From Opitutales bacterium (GTDB taxonomy: Bacteria; Verrucomicrobiota; Verrucomicrobiia; Opitutales; UBA953): a stretch of DNA of 64,000 bases. The translations under genes were made by a program, and so were the position numbers. Position 1 is the stretch's first letter. Every line of letters begins with the position of its first letter. The stretch lies in contig JBMSKH010000003.1 in the NCBI GenBank assembly GCA_049419705.1, positions 18,142 to 82,141 on the forward strand, in the 5' to 3' direction. This document shows, piece after piece, positions 56,343 to 64,000 of this stretch. Below the pieces are notes generated by a model that did not search any database, had not been told where the DNA came from, and was given only the letters and a program-made list of their open reading frames with translations.

Positions 56343-56391
56343 ACGCGCCGAGGCTTGCGTCCCGCGACCCGGCGGCAAGGATGGGCGGACT

Positions 56392-57135
56392 ATGGCACTC
56401 CCCGCCCGCCTGCTCGCCCTGGCCACCCTGACCCTCGCCACCGTCGCCTCCGCCGCGCCCTCGGCCGAGGAAATCGTCAAGAAGGCTCGCGCCGCCCTCG
56501 CCAAGGACACCAGCTTCCTGGACCGCGTCACCACCGTCCACTACGAGGGCAAGGTGCTCGAGACCGACGGCAAGACGTCGCAGGGCTTCATCCTCGAGAC
56601 CGCCACCGGCGGCAAGCGCCGCGAACTCCGCTACGATGGCGAGTTCACCACCGAGGTCTCCATCGTGACGAATGGCATGGAAGCCTGGGCTCGCCGCGCC
56701 GACCTGACCAGCGGTCGCTCCGAGGCGGCCCGCGTGCTCCCGCACGAGGTGGCCCAGCGACTCGGCGACATGGCGCGGTCCGACCTCAGCTTCTACGCCG
56801 CGCCCGCGCCTGACCGCGGCTCCATCAAGCTCAAGGCCACCGAGGCGGTCGAGGGTCGCCGCGCCTACTCGATCGAGTACACCTACCGGAGCGGGTACAC
56901 CTGCGTCCGGCACTTCGACGCCGAGACCTACGCCCTCATCGCGACCGACTACCCGCAGGCCGAGGGCAAGGTGGAGCGCCAGGTCGAGGAGGAGACCCAG
57001 CTCGCCGAGGGCATCCGCGTGCCGAAGAAGGTCCGCATCCTGCAGGACGGGAAGGCCCGCGGCACGCTCGTCTTCGAGAAGGTCATCGTGAACGGCGAGA
57101 TCTCGGAGAGCGCGTTCACCTTCCCTGTCCGCTGA
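56392..57135 (+). CDS. hypothetical secreted protein, LolA-like / outer-membrane-lipoprotein-sorting family by layout
   Basis: Signal peptide 'MALPARLLALATLTLATVASA'. 'AEEIVKKARAAL' plus beta-rich repeats, as in LolA-fold DUF proteins. Start re-set from 56236. Confidence 0.5.
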   Translation: MALPARLLALATLTLATVASAAPSAEEIVKKARAALAKDTSFLDRVTTVHYEGKVLETDGKTSQGFILETATGGKRRELRYDGEFTTEVSIVTNGMEAWARRADLTSGRSEAARVLPHEVAQRLGDMARSDLSFYAAPAPDRGSIKLKATEAVEGRRAYSIEYTYRSGYTCVRHFDAETYALIATDYPQAEGKVERQVEEETQLAEGIRVPKKVRILQDGKARGTLVFEKVIVNGEISESAFTFPVR

Positions 57136-57139
57136 GTCG

Positions 57140-58441
57140 ATGCCCGTCCTGCGCAGCACGGACCGCGAGTTCGAGGCCCGCCTGACCGCCTTCGTCGGCA
57201 CTGGCGAGGCCGAGGCCCCGGTCCGGCAGACCGTCTCCGAGATCATCGCCGACGTCCGGACGCGCGGCGATGTCGCGGTGCTCTACCACACCGCGCGCTT
57301 CGACCACGCGAAGATGAACGTGCGACAGCTCCGCATCCCCGCGGAGCACCTCGAGCGCGCCGCCAAGGCGCTCGACCCCGCCAAGCGCAAGGCGATCGAC
57401 GAGGCCGCGCGCTGCGTGCGCGACTTCCACAAGCGCACCCTGCCGAAGTCCTGGCTCGCCCGCAACCCGCACGGCGCTCAGGTCGGCGAACGTCACCTGC
57501 CCATCCGGCGCTGCGGCCTCTACATCCCCGGCGGCCAGGTGCCGCTGGTGTCGACCGTGCTCATGACCGCCATCCCGGCCCAGGTCGCCGGCGTGCCCGA
57601 GCTCGTCGCCTGCACGCCGCCCAACGCCGAGGGCAAGGTCAACCCCGAGCTGCTCGCCGCCCTCCACCTCTGCGGCGTGCGCGAGGTCTACGCCGTCGGC
57701 GGGGTCCAGGCCATCGCCGCGCTCGCGGTCGGCACCGCCAGCATCCCCGCGGTGGACAAGGTCTTCGGGCCGGGCAACGCCTACGTCACCGAGGCCAAGC
57801 GCCAGCTCTTCGGGCGCGTCGGCGTCGACCTGCTGCCCGGACCGAGCGAGGTCATGATCATCGCGGACCGCACCGCCAACCCGGAGTGGGTCGGCGCCGA
57901 CCTCTGCGCTCAGGCCGAGCACGGCAGCGGCAAGGAGAAGCTCTACCTGGTGACGGATGACGAGGGTGTCGCCCTCGCCTGCGAGCGCGCCGCCCTCGGG
58001 CAGTGCTCCGGCCTGTCGCACGGCGAGAAGATTCGCCGCATCCTCACCGAGCGCCTGCTCGTCATCGTCGTGCCGAGGCTCGAGGATGCCGCCGTGGTCG
58101 CGAACCGCGTCGCCCCGGAGCACCTTGAGCTGCTCGTCGCCGACCGCAAGCTCGCCGCGCTGTCCAAGGCGATCACCACCGCGGGCGCCCAGCTCCTCGG
58201 ACACCACACACCGACCGTGCTCGGCGACTTCACCGCCGGACCGAGCCACACCCTCCCGACCGGCGGCACGGGCCGCTTCTTCAGCGGCCTGCGCGTGACC
58301 GACTTCCTCCGCCGCACCAGCCTCGTGCGCTATGACAAGGCCTCCGCCAAGCGCGCCTCGGCGGTGGTCGAGGCCTTCGCCCGGATGGAGCGCCTCGATG
58401 CGCACGGACGATCGCTCAGCCTGCGCCTCGCCAAGCGCTGA
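57140..58441 (+). CDS. hisD: histidinol dehydrogenase
   Basis: 'IPGGQVPLVSTVLM', 'GPGNAYV', 'CAQAEHG' and 'APEHLEL'. Confidence 0.92.
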   Translation: MPVLRSTDREFEARLTAFVGTGEAEAPVRQTVSEIIADVRTRGDVAVLYHTARFDHAKMNVRQLRIPAEHLERAAKALDPAKRKAIDEAARCVRDFHKRTLPKSWLARNPHGAQVGERHLPIRRCGLYIPGGQVPLVSTVLMTAIPAQVAGVPELVACTPPNAEGKVNPELLAALHLCGVREVYAVGGVQAIAALAVGTASIPAVDKVFGPGNAYVTEAKRQLFGRVGVDLLPGPSEVMIIADRTANPEWVGADLCAQAEHGSGKEKLYLVTDDEGVALACERAALGQCSGLSHGEKIRRILTERLLVIVVPRLEDAAVVANRVAPEHLELLVADRKLAALSKAITTAGAQLLGHHTPTVLGDFTAGPSHTLPTGGTGRFFSGLRVTDFLRRTSLVRYDKASAKRASAVVEAFARMERLDAHGRSLSLRLAKR

Positions 58442-58484
58442 GCGGAACCTCCGGAGGGCCAGCGGTGTCCATGGTGTCGAACCC

Positions 58485-60851
58485 ATGAAGCGCGCCCTGC
58501 TGCTTGCCGCTTGCTGCCTCGCCGGACTCCTCCGCGCCGCCGAGAGCACGCCGCCGCCTTGGCTGGCCAAGCCTGGCGAGACGGCAGCCTTCGCCATCGG
58601 CGAAAAGGACTTCCTCCTCAAGGGCCAGCCGTTTGTCGTCCGTTGCGCGGAGGTACACATGGCACGCATCCCCCGCGCCTACTGGCCACACCGCCTCGCG
58701 ATGATCCGCGCCGCCGGCTTCAACACCGTCTGCGCCTACCTCTTCTGGAACTTCCATGAGCCGCAGCCGGGCGCCTTCAACTGGACCGATGACCGCGATG
58801 CGGCCGAGTTCTGCCGCGAGGCCCAGCGCCAGGGACTGCATGTCATCCTTCGTCCCGGACCCTACGTCTGCGCCGAGTGGGAATTCGGCGGCTTCCCCTG
58901 GTGGCTCCTGCGCGATGGGCCGTCCGACCGCAAGTTCCTGCGCACACCGGACCCCGCTTACCAAGTCCCCGCCGGCCGGTGGCTGAAGGAGGTCGGTCGG
59001 GTGCTCGCACCGCTGCAAGTCACGCGCGGAGGTCCGATCCTCATGGTGCAGGTCGAGAACGAGTATGGGAGCTATGGCAACGACAAGGCGTACCTCGGCC
59101 AGGTGCGCGACCAGCTGCTCGCGGCCGGATTCGAGGTGCCGCTCTTCCACTGCGACGGGCCGAGCCAGATGCGCAACGACGCGCGTCCCGACATCTTCAG
59201 CGTGGTCAACTTCGGCAACAACCCGCAGGGCGCCTTCGATGCGCTCCGCAAGCACCGCGCGACCGGGCCGCTGATGTGCGGCGAGTTCTACCCCGGGTGG
59301 TTCGACAGCTGGGGCCGGCCCCACCACCGCGGCCCGACCGACCGCATCGTGGCGGATCTCGCCTGGATGCTCGAGCGTCGCGCCTCCTTCAGCATGTACA
59401 TGGCGCACGGAGGCACGACCTTCGGCCTGTGGTCCGGCGCGAACTGCCCGCCCTTCTCGCCGCAGACGAGCAGCTACGACTACGACGCGCCCATCGGCGA
59501 GCAGGGCAACCGCACCGAGAAGTTCGATCGCGTCCGCGCGCTCTTCGCGCGCCACCTCAATCCTGGCGAGACCATCCCTGAGCCGCCCGCGCCCATCCCG
59601 ATTCAGGCGACCGCGCGCGTGCGCCTAGCCGAGACCGCGCCGATCTTCGCCAATCTTCCCCGCGCCACGAAGCTGGCGCCGCGCGCGCCACTTAACTTCG
59701 AGGCGAACGGCCTCGGCCTCGGCTGCGCGGTCTACTCCGCAACACTGCCAGCCGGCGCCAACCAGGCGCTCGTGCTGACCGACGTGCACGACTTCGCCTG
59801 GGTGTACGTCGACGGAGCGCCCGTGGGCAAGGTTGACCGACGCGAGGGCGACAGGCCCGTCAAGTTGCCCGATCGTGTCCGACCTGCGCGACTCGATGTG
59901 CTCGTCGAGGCGATGGGACGGGTCAACTACGGCGGATTCCTCCATGACCGCAAGGGTCTCGCCCGCGGCGCCGTCCTCGGTGCCGACGGCAAGTCCACCG
60001 CGCTCACCGAGTGGTCCTTCACCCCGCTGCCGCTCGACGGCGCCGCACCAGCCAACCTACGCTGGAAATCCGGCGAGACGAAAGGTCCCGCCTTCTGGCG
60101 CGGGACACTCAAGGCCGAGGCTGGCAAGGATACCTGGCTCGACCTGCGCGGCTGGGGAAAGGGCATGGCCTGGGTCAACGGCAGGCACCTCGGGCGATTC
60201 TGGAAGATTGGCCCGACGCAGACCATGTTCCTCCCGGGCTGCTGGCTGCGCGAGGGGGACAACGAGGTCGTCATCCTTGATCTGGAGGGTCCATCCGACC
60301 CGACAGTCGCAGGGCTTGACGCACCCATCCTCGACGAGGTGCGGAGCAGCGCGACCGAGCGCGCCCACTCGCGACCCGGCCAGAAGGTCACCCTCCCCGA
60401 GGCGCGGCGCGTCGCCGATACCCAACTCAGCGATGGCACGGACTGGCAGGTCATCCGGCTCGCAAGCGGTCCGCGGTCTGGTCGCTACCTCGCAATCGAG
60501 ACGCTGTCCGCGCAGGATGGGCAATCCTACGCCTCGCTCGCCGAGCTCGAGCTCGCCGGGCCCGACGGCAAGCTGCTGCCTCGAACGGCTTGGAAGACCG
60601 CCTACGCGGACAGCGAGGAGCTCGTGTCCGAGAACGGATCCGCCGACAACATCTTCGACCTCCAGCCCACGACCTACTGGCACACCCGCTGGCAAGGGGC
60701 GGCGCCGGCGCACCCCCACATCGTCGTGCTCGACCTCGGGTCCAAACAAGCCTTCTCCGAGCTGCGGCTCCTACCCCGCCAAGACATGATCAACGGCCGC
60801 ATCAAGGCCTGCCGCGTCTACCTCTCGGACGAGCCTTTCCCGGGGCAGTGA
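58485..60851 (+). CDS. secreted GH35 beta-galactosidase with a C-terminal F5/8 type C (discoidin/CBM32-like) domain
   Basis: Signal peptide 'MKRALLLAACCLAGLLRA'. 'GFNTVCAYLFWNFHEP', 'RPGPYVCAEWEFGGFPWWL' and 'VQVENEYG'. C-terminal 'NIFDLQPTTYWHTRW'. Start re-set to ATG 58485. Confidence 0.85.
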   Translation: MKRALLLAACCLAGLLRAAESTPPPWLAKPGETAAFAIGEKDFLLKGQPFVVRCAEVHMARIPRAYWPHRLAMIRAAGFNTVCAYLFWNFHEPQPGAFNWTDDRDAAEFCREAQRQGLHVILRPGPYVCAEWEFGGFPWWLLRDGPSDRKFLRTPDPAYQVPAGRWLKEVGRVLAPLQVTRGGPILMVQVENEYGSYGNDKAYLGQVRDQLLAAGFEVPLFHCDGPSQMRNDARPDIFSVVNFGNNPQGAFDALRKHRATGPLMCGEFYPGWFDSWGRPHHRGPTDRIVADLAWMLERRASFSMYMAHGGTTFGLWSGANCPPFSPQTSSYDYDAPIGEQGNRTEKFDRVRALFARHLNPGETIPEPPAPIPIQATARVRLAETAPIFANLPRATKLAPRAPLNFEANGLGLGCAVYSATLPAGANQALVLTDVHDFAWVYVDGAPVGKVDRREGDRPVKLPDRVRPARLDVLVEAMGRVNYGGFLHDRKGLARGAVLGADGKSTALTEWSFTPLPLDGAAPANLRWKSGETKGPAFWRGTLKAEAGKDTWLDLRGWGKGMAWVNGRHLGRFWKIGPTQTMFLPGCWLREGDNEVVILDLEGPSDPTVAGLDAPILDEVRSSATERAHSRPGQKVTLPEARRVADTQLSDGTDWQVIRLASGPRSGRYLAIETLSAQDGQSYASLAELELAGPDGKLLPRTAWKTAYADSEELVSENGSADNIFDLQPTTYWHTRWQGAAPAHPHIVVLDLGSKQAFSELRLLPRQDMINGRIKACRVYLSDEPFPGQ

Positions 60852-60904
60852 ACTGGGAGTGACCGCGGCTTGCCATGCTCCGGCGACGGGGCAGGTTCGG
60901 AGCC

Positions 60905-63900
60905 ATGTCCCTGCACCGTCTCACCGTCCTCACCGGCGCGTTGCTCGCCGCCTGCCTCGTCACCGCCGAACCCACCGGCAAAGAATGGGAACAGGAGCAG
61001 AACCTTTCCCTGAACAAGGAGCGACCGACCTCCATCCTCGGCGCCTTCCCTGACGTCCGCACCTCGCTCGGCATCCTCGCGGACAGCTCGCCTTGGCACC
61101 GCTCGCTCGACGGCGCCTGGAAATTCCACTGGGTCAAGGAGCCCGCGGAGCGCCCCGTCGGGTTCGCCCAGCCCTCGTTTGATGTCAGCGGCTGGAAGGA
61201 GATCGCCGTCCCGTCCTGCTGGCAGGTCCAAGGCTACGACACGCCCGTCTACGTCAACCAGGCTTACATCTTCAAGCGCGACTGGCCGCGCGTGATGGGC
61301 GAGCCACCCAAGCACTTCACCACCTTCGCCGCCCGCAATCCCGTCGGCTCATACCGACGCGACTTTGAGGTGCCCGCCGACTGGAAGGGGCAGCGCGTCT
61401 TCATCCACTTCGACGGCGTCGATTCCTTCTTCTACCTCTGGATCAACGGCAAGTACGTGGGCTTCTCCAAGGATAGCCGCACCCCGGCGGTCTTCGACAT
61501 CACCCATCTCGTGCGCGCCGGCGCCAACACCGTCGCAGTCGAAGTTTATCGCTTGAGCGATGGCAGTTATCTCGAGTGCCAGGATATGTGGCGCCTGAGC
61601 GGCATCTTTCGCTCGGTCTCGCTCCGCGCGCGGCCCGCGGTCGCCTTCCGCGACCTCGAGGCCACGCCCGACCTCGACGCCGCCTACAAAGACGGCTCCG
61701 TCAAGGTGAAGGCCTGGGTGCGCAACCTGACCGACAAGCCCGCGACCCGCACGGTCACCGCGACCGTGCTCGAGCGCGATGGCACACCCTTCGCCGGCGG
61801 GCAGCCCGCCTCCGCGGAGGTGACGGTGGCGCCCGGGACGCAGGCCACCGTGGAGCTCACCCTTTCCGCGAAGGCCCCGCGCCTCTGGTCAGCCGAGGTG
61901 CCCAACCTCTACACGCTCTCCGTGACGCAGTCCGAGGGCGGCGTGGTGCGCGAGGCCGTGAGCAGCAACCTCGGCTTCCGCAAGGTCGAGGTCATCGGCC
62001 CCCGCTTCCTCGTCAACGGACAGCCGGTGAAGCTCAACGGCACGAACCGCCATGAGCACATGCCCGAGTCGGGACACACCGTGAGCCGCGAGAGCATGTT
62101 CCTCGACATCGTGCGCCTGAAGACCGCGAACATGAACCACGTGCGCACGTCGCACTACCCGACCGACCCCTACTGGATGCACCTCTGCGACGTGCATGGC
62201 ATCTACCTGGTCGACGAGGCCAACATCGAGTCGCACGGCTACTACTACGGCGAGCAGTCGCTCTCCCACCCCAAGGAATGGGAGGCCGCCCACGTCGAGC
62301 GCGTCGTCGCCATGGTGCACCGCGACAAGAACCACCCCTCGGTGGTGATCTGGTCGCTCGGCAACGAGGCCGGGCCCGGCAAGAACTTCGAGGCGGCCCA
62401 CGCCGCGCTCAAGGCCATCGACACCTCGCGCCCCACGCACTACGAGCGCAACAGCGCGTTCTGCGACCTCGACAGCACGATGTATCCCGGCGTCGGCTGG
62501 GTGCGGGATCTCGCGGCCAACAAGAACCGCAAGAAGCCCTTCTACATCTGCGAGTACGCGCACATGATGAACAACGGCAACGGCAACCTCGCCGACTACC
62601 AGGCGGCGATTGAGTCCTCCGACAACATCATCGGCGGTGGCATCTGGGAGTGGCAGGACCAGACCCTCTACGCCACCCGCGGCGGCGTCCGCCGCGAGAA
62701 CTACGGCGGCGAGTTCGGCGACCAACCCAACGACGGCCTCTTCATCGTCAAGGGCGTGGTCTTCGCCGACCGCACACCCAAGCCCGCCTGGTTCGAGGCG
62801 CGCCAGGTCTTCGCCAACGCGGTGGTCGACCGGCTCGACGCCGACGGCAAGGTCGTCATCCGCAACAAGTACTTCTTCAAGGACCTCTCCGACTACACCC
62901 TGACCTGGAACCTGCGCGAGGACGGCAAGGTCGTGCGCACCGCCAAGACACCCGCACCCGACTGCGGCCCGCGCTCGAGCGTGGCCGTTGCGCTGCCCGC
63001 CGAGCTGTCAGGCTTCCAGGGCAAGCCCGGCGCCGAGGTGCACGTCGAGGTCGAGTTCCGCCTCGCCCGCGACTACGCCTGGGCCAAGGCCGGCGTCCTC
63101 ATGAGCCGGGGCACCGTCGCCCTGCCCACCGCCGGCGAGAAGCCCGGCCTCGTCACCACGCAGCAGGTGCCCGACACGCAGGTGACACCCGCCCGCATCA
63201 CCGTCTCGCTCCCCGGTTGGTCCGCGAGCTTCGACCGCGCGAGCGGCGCGCTCATCAGCTACAAACGCGGTGACCGCGAGCTGCTCGCCGCGCCCGTCGC
63301 CCTTGATGCCTTCCGCTCGCCCGTGAACAACGACCAGTGGGCCAGCGGCGGTTGGTATGAGCGCGGCCTGCACGACCTGCGCCACGTCGCCTCGACCTGC
63401 GAGACCGATGGCACGGGCCGCGTCATCACCCGCGTGACCTCGCAGGGCACGCGCAGCGCCAAGCTCACGCCCGGTCTGGCCTCCGGACACCGCAAGGTCG
63501 CCGACGGACGCGTGCTTGGTCCGAACGACTTCCACTTCGTGACCGACACCGAGTGGCGCCTCTTGTCCGACGGCACCCTGCGCGTCCGCTCCGTGATCTC
63601 CGCCAGCCAGCGAAACGTCCCCCTGCCCGCCCTCGGCTATCGCCTCCAGCTCACACCGGGCCTCGACCGCGCGACCTGGTTCGGCGCCGGCCCCTGGGAG
63701 AACTATCCCGACCGCAAGGCATCCGCGCAGCTCGGACGCTACGAGGCAACCGTCGACCAGATTGCCGTCCCGTACATCAAGCCGCAGGATCACGGCAACC
63801 ATGAGGACGTGCGCTGGGTGGCGATGCGCGACGCCACCGGCAACGGCCTGCTCGTCGCCACCGCCGGCAAGCCCGTCAGCTTCTCCGCGACGCGCTGGGC

Positions 63901-64000
63901 CGACAGCGAGCTGACTCTCACCTCCAACGTGGTCGAGCTGCCGAAGTCCGACCGCGTTTACCTGAACATTGACGCCCGCACCCTCGGCCTCGGCGGTGCG
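60905..64000 (+). CDS. secreted GH2 beta-galactosidase (LacZ-like), 3' end beyond the window
   Basis: Not in the ORF track, because the frame stays open to the window end. My own translation from ATG 60905 gives 'MSLHRLTVLTGALLAACLVTA' (signal), 'WKFHWV', 'PSCWQVQGYDTPVYVNQAY', 'FDGVDSFFYLWINGKYVGFSKDSR', 'HVRTSHYP', 'WSLGNEAG', 'ICEYAHMMNNGNG' and 'QDHGNHEDVRW'. Confidence 0.88.
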   Translation, partial: MSLHRLTVLTGALLAACLVTAEPTGKEWEQEQNLSLNKERPTSILGAFPDVRTSLGILADSSPWHRSLDGAWKFHWVKEPAERPVGFAQPSFDVSGWKEIAVPSCWQVQGYDTPVYVNQAYIFKRDWPRVMGEPPKHFTTFAARNPVGSYRRDFEVPADWKGQRVFIHFDGVDSFFYLWINGKYVGFSKDSRTPAVFDITHLVRAGANTVAVEVYRLSDGSYLECQDMWRLSGIFRSVSLRARPAVAFRDLEATPDLDAAYKDGSVKVKAWVRNLTDKPATRTVTATVLERDGTPFAGGQPASAEVTVAPGTQATVELTLSAKAPRLWSAEVPNLYTLSVTQSEGGVVREAVSSNLGFRKVEVIGPRFLVNGQPVKLNGTNRHEHMPESGHTVSRESMFLDIVRLKTANMNHVRTSHYPTDPYWMHLCDVHGIYLVDEANIESHGYYYGEQSLSHPKEWEAAHVERVVAMVHRDKNHPSVVIWSLGNEAGPGKNFEAAHAALKAIDTSRPTHYERNSAFCDLDSTMYPGVGWVRDLAANKNRKKPFYICEYAHMMNNGNGNLADYQAAIESSDNIIGGGIWEWQDQTLYATRGGVRRENYGGEFGDQPNDGLFIVKGVVFADRTPKPAWFEARQVFANAVVDRLDADGKVVIRNKYFFKDLSDYTLTWNLREDGKVVRTAKTPAPDCGPRSSVAVALPAELSGFQGKPGAEVHVEVEFRLARDYAWAKAGVLMSRGTVALPTAGEKPGLVTTQQVPDTQVTPARITVSLPGWSASFDRASGALISYKRGDRELLAAPVALDAFRSPVNNDQWASGGWYERGLHDLRHVASTCETDGTGRVITRVTSQGTRSAKLTPGLASGHRKVADGRVLGPNDFHFVTDTEWRLLSDGTLRVRSVISASQRNVPLPALGYRLQLTPGLDRATWFGAGPWENYPDRKASAQLGRYEATVDQIAVPYIKPQDHGNHEDVRWVAMRDATGNGLLVATAGKPVSFSATRWADSELTLTSNVVELPKSDRVYLNIDARTLGLGGA

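Noticed and set aside
57116-58669. 517-aa minus-strand ORF; likewise 55146-56534, 45822-47276, 42850-44295, 44195-45115 and 46729-47913
   Set aside because: All are antisense shadows of well-supported plus-strand genes (hisD, hisA, the GldG-like, MscS/GldA-like, GldF-like and DUF4340 genes). They have biased composition and no recognisable domains.
61365-63273. Several 60-200-aa plus-strand ORFs listed inside 60905-64000
   Set aside because: They are off-frame relative to the GH2 beta-galactosidase reading frame. That frame stays open from ATG 60905 to the window end and carries the canonical LacZ motifs.

Overview
Visibly high-G+C bacterial chromosomal segment (G+C not computed). The gene content fits the PVC superphylum, most like Verrucomicrobiota/Opitutales: a PSCyt-DUF1549-DUF1553 + DUF1501 pair, a PEP-CTERM protein, a DapL-like aminotransferase and secreted GH35/GH2 enzymes. 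This taxonomic call is inference only. I call about 58 protein genes, 1 frameshifted gene, 2 tRNAs (Phe-GAA, Tyr-GUA), several intrinsic terminators and a few short repeat arrays. I see no rRNA, CRISPR, IS, integrase or phage genes. Most of the window is housekeeping: cimA, panC, xylAB, rplS-trmD / rpsP, rpsT, ileS-lspA, trpS, nuoA, fumarase, hup, pgsA-pgpA, coaD, tig-clpP-clpX, hisA, hisD. I cannot recognise any canonical defence or mobile system. The best candidates for undescribed biology are: (1) four secreted unknowns led by a 1060-aa alpha/beta-hydrolase that head a 9-gene co-directional array ending in xylAB plus a Gfo/Idh/MocA + TIM-barrel + beta-propeller module; (2) a DksA/TraR-like protein with a histone-H1-like Lys/Ala/Pro tail inside the ileS-lspA operon; (3) a PEP-CTERM gene split by a frameshift in a G5 tract; (4) 7-nt-periodic repeat arrays in intergenic regions; (5) pyrimidine-rich 5' leaders without a Shine-Dalgarno sequence. 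Many ORF-track entries are high-GC antisense shadow ORFs or N-terminally over-extended. I re-set several starts, often to GTG/TTG codons that overlap the upstream stop by 4 nt.
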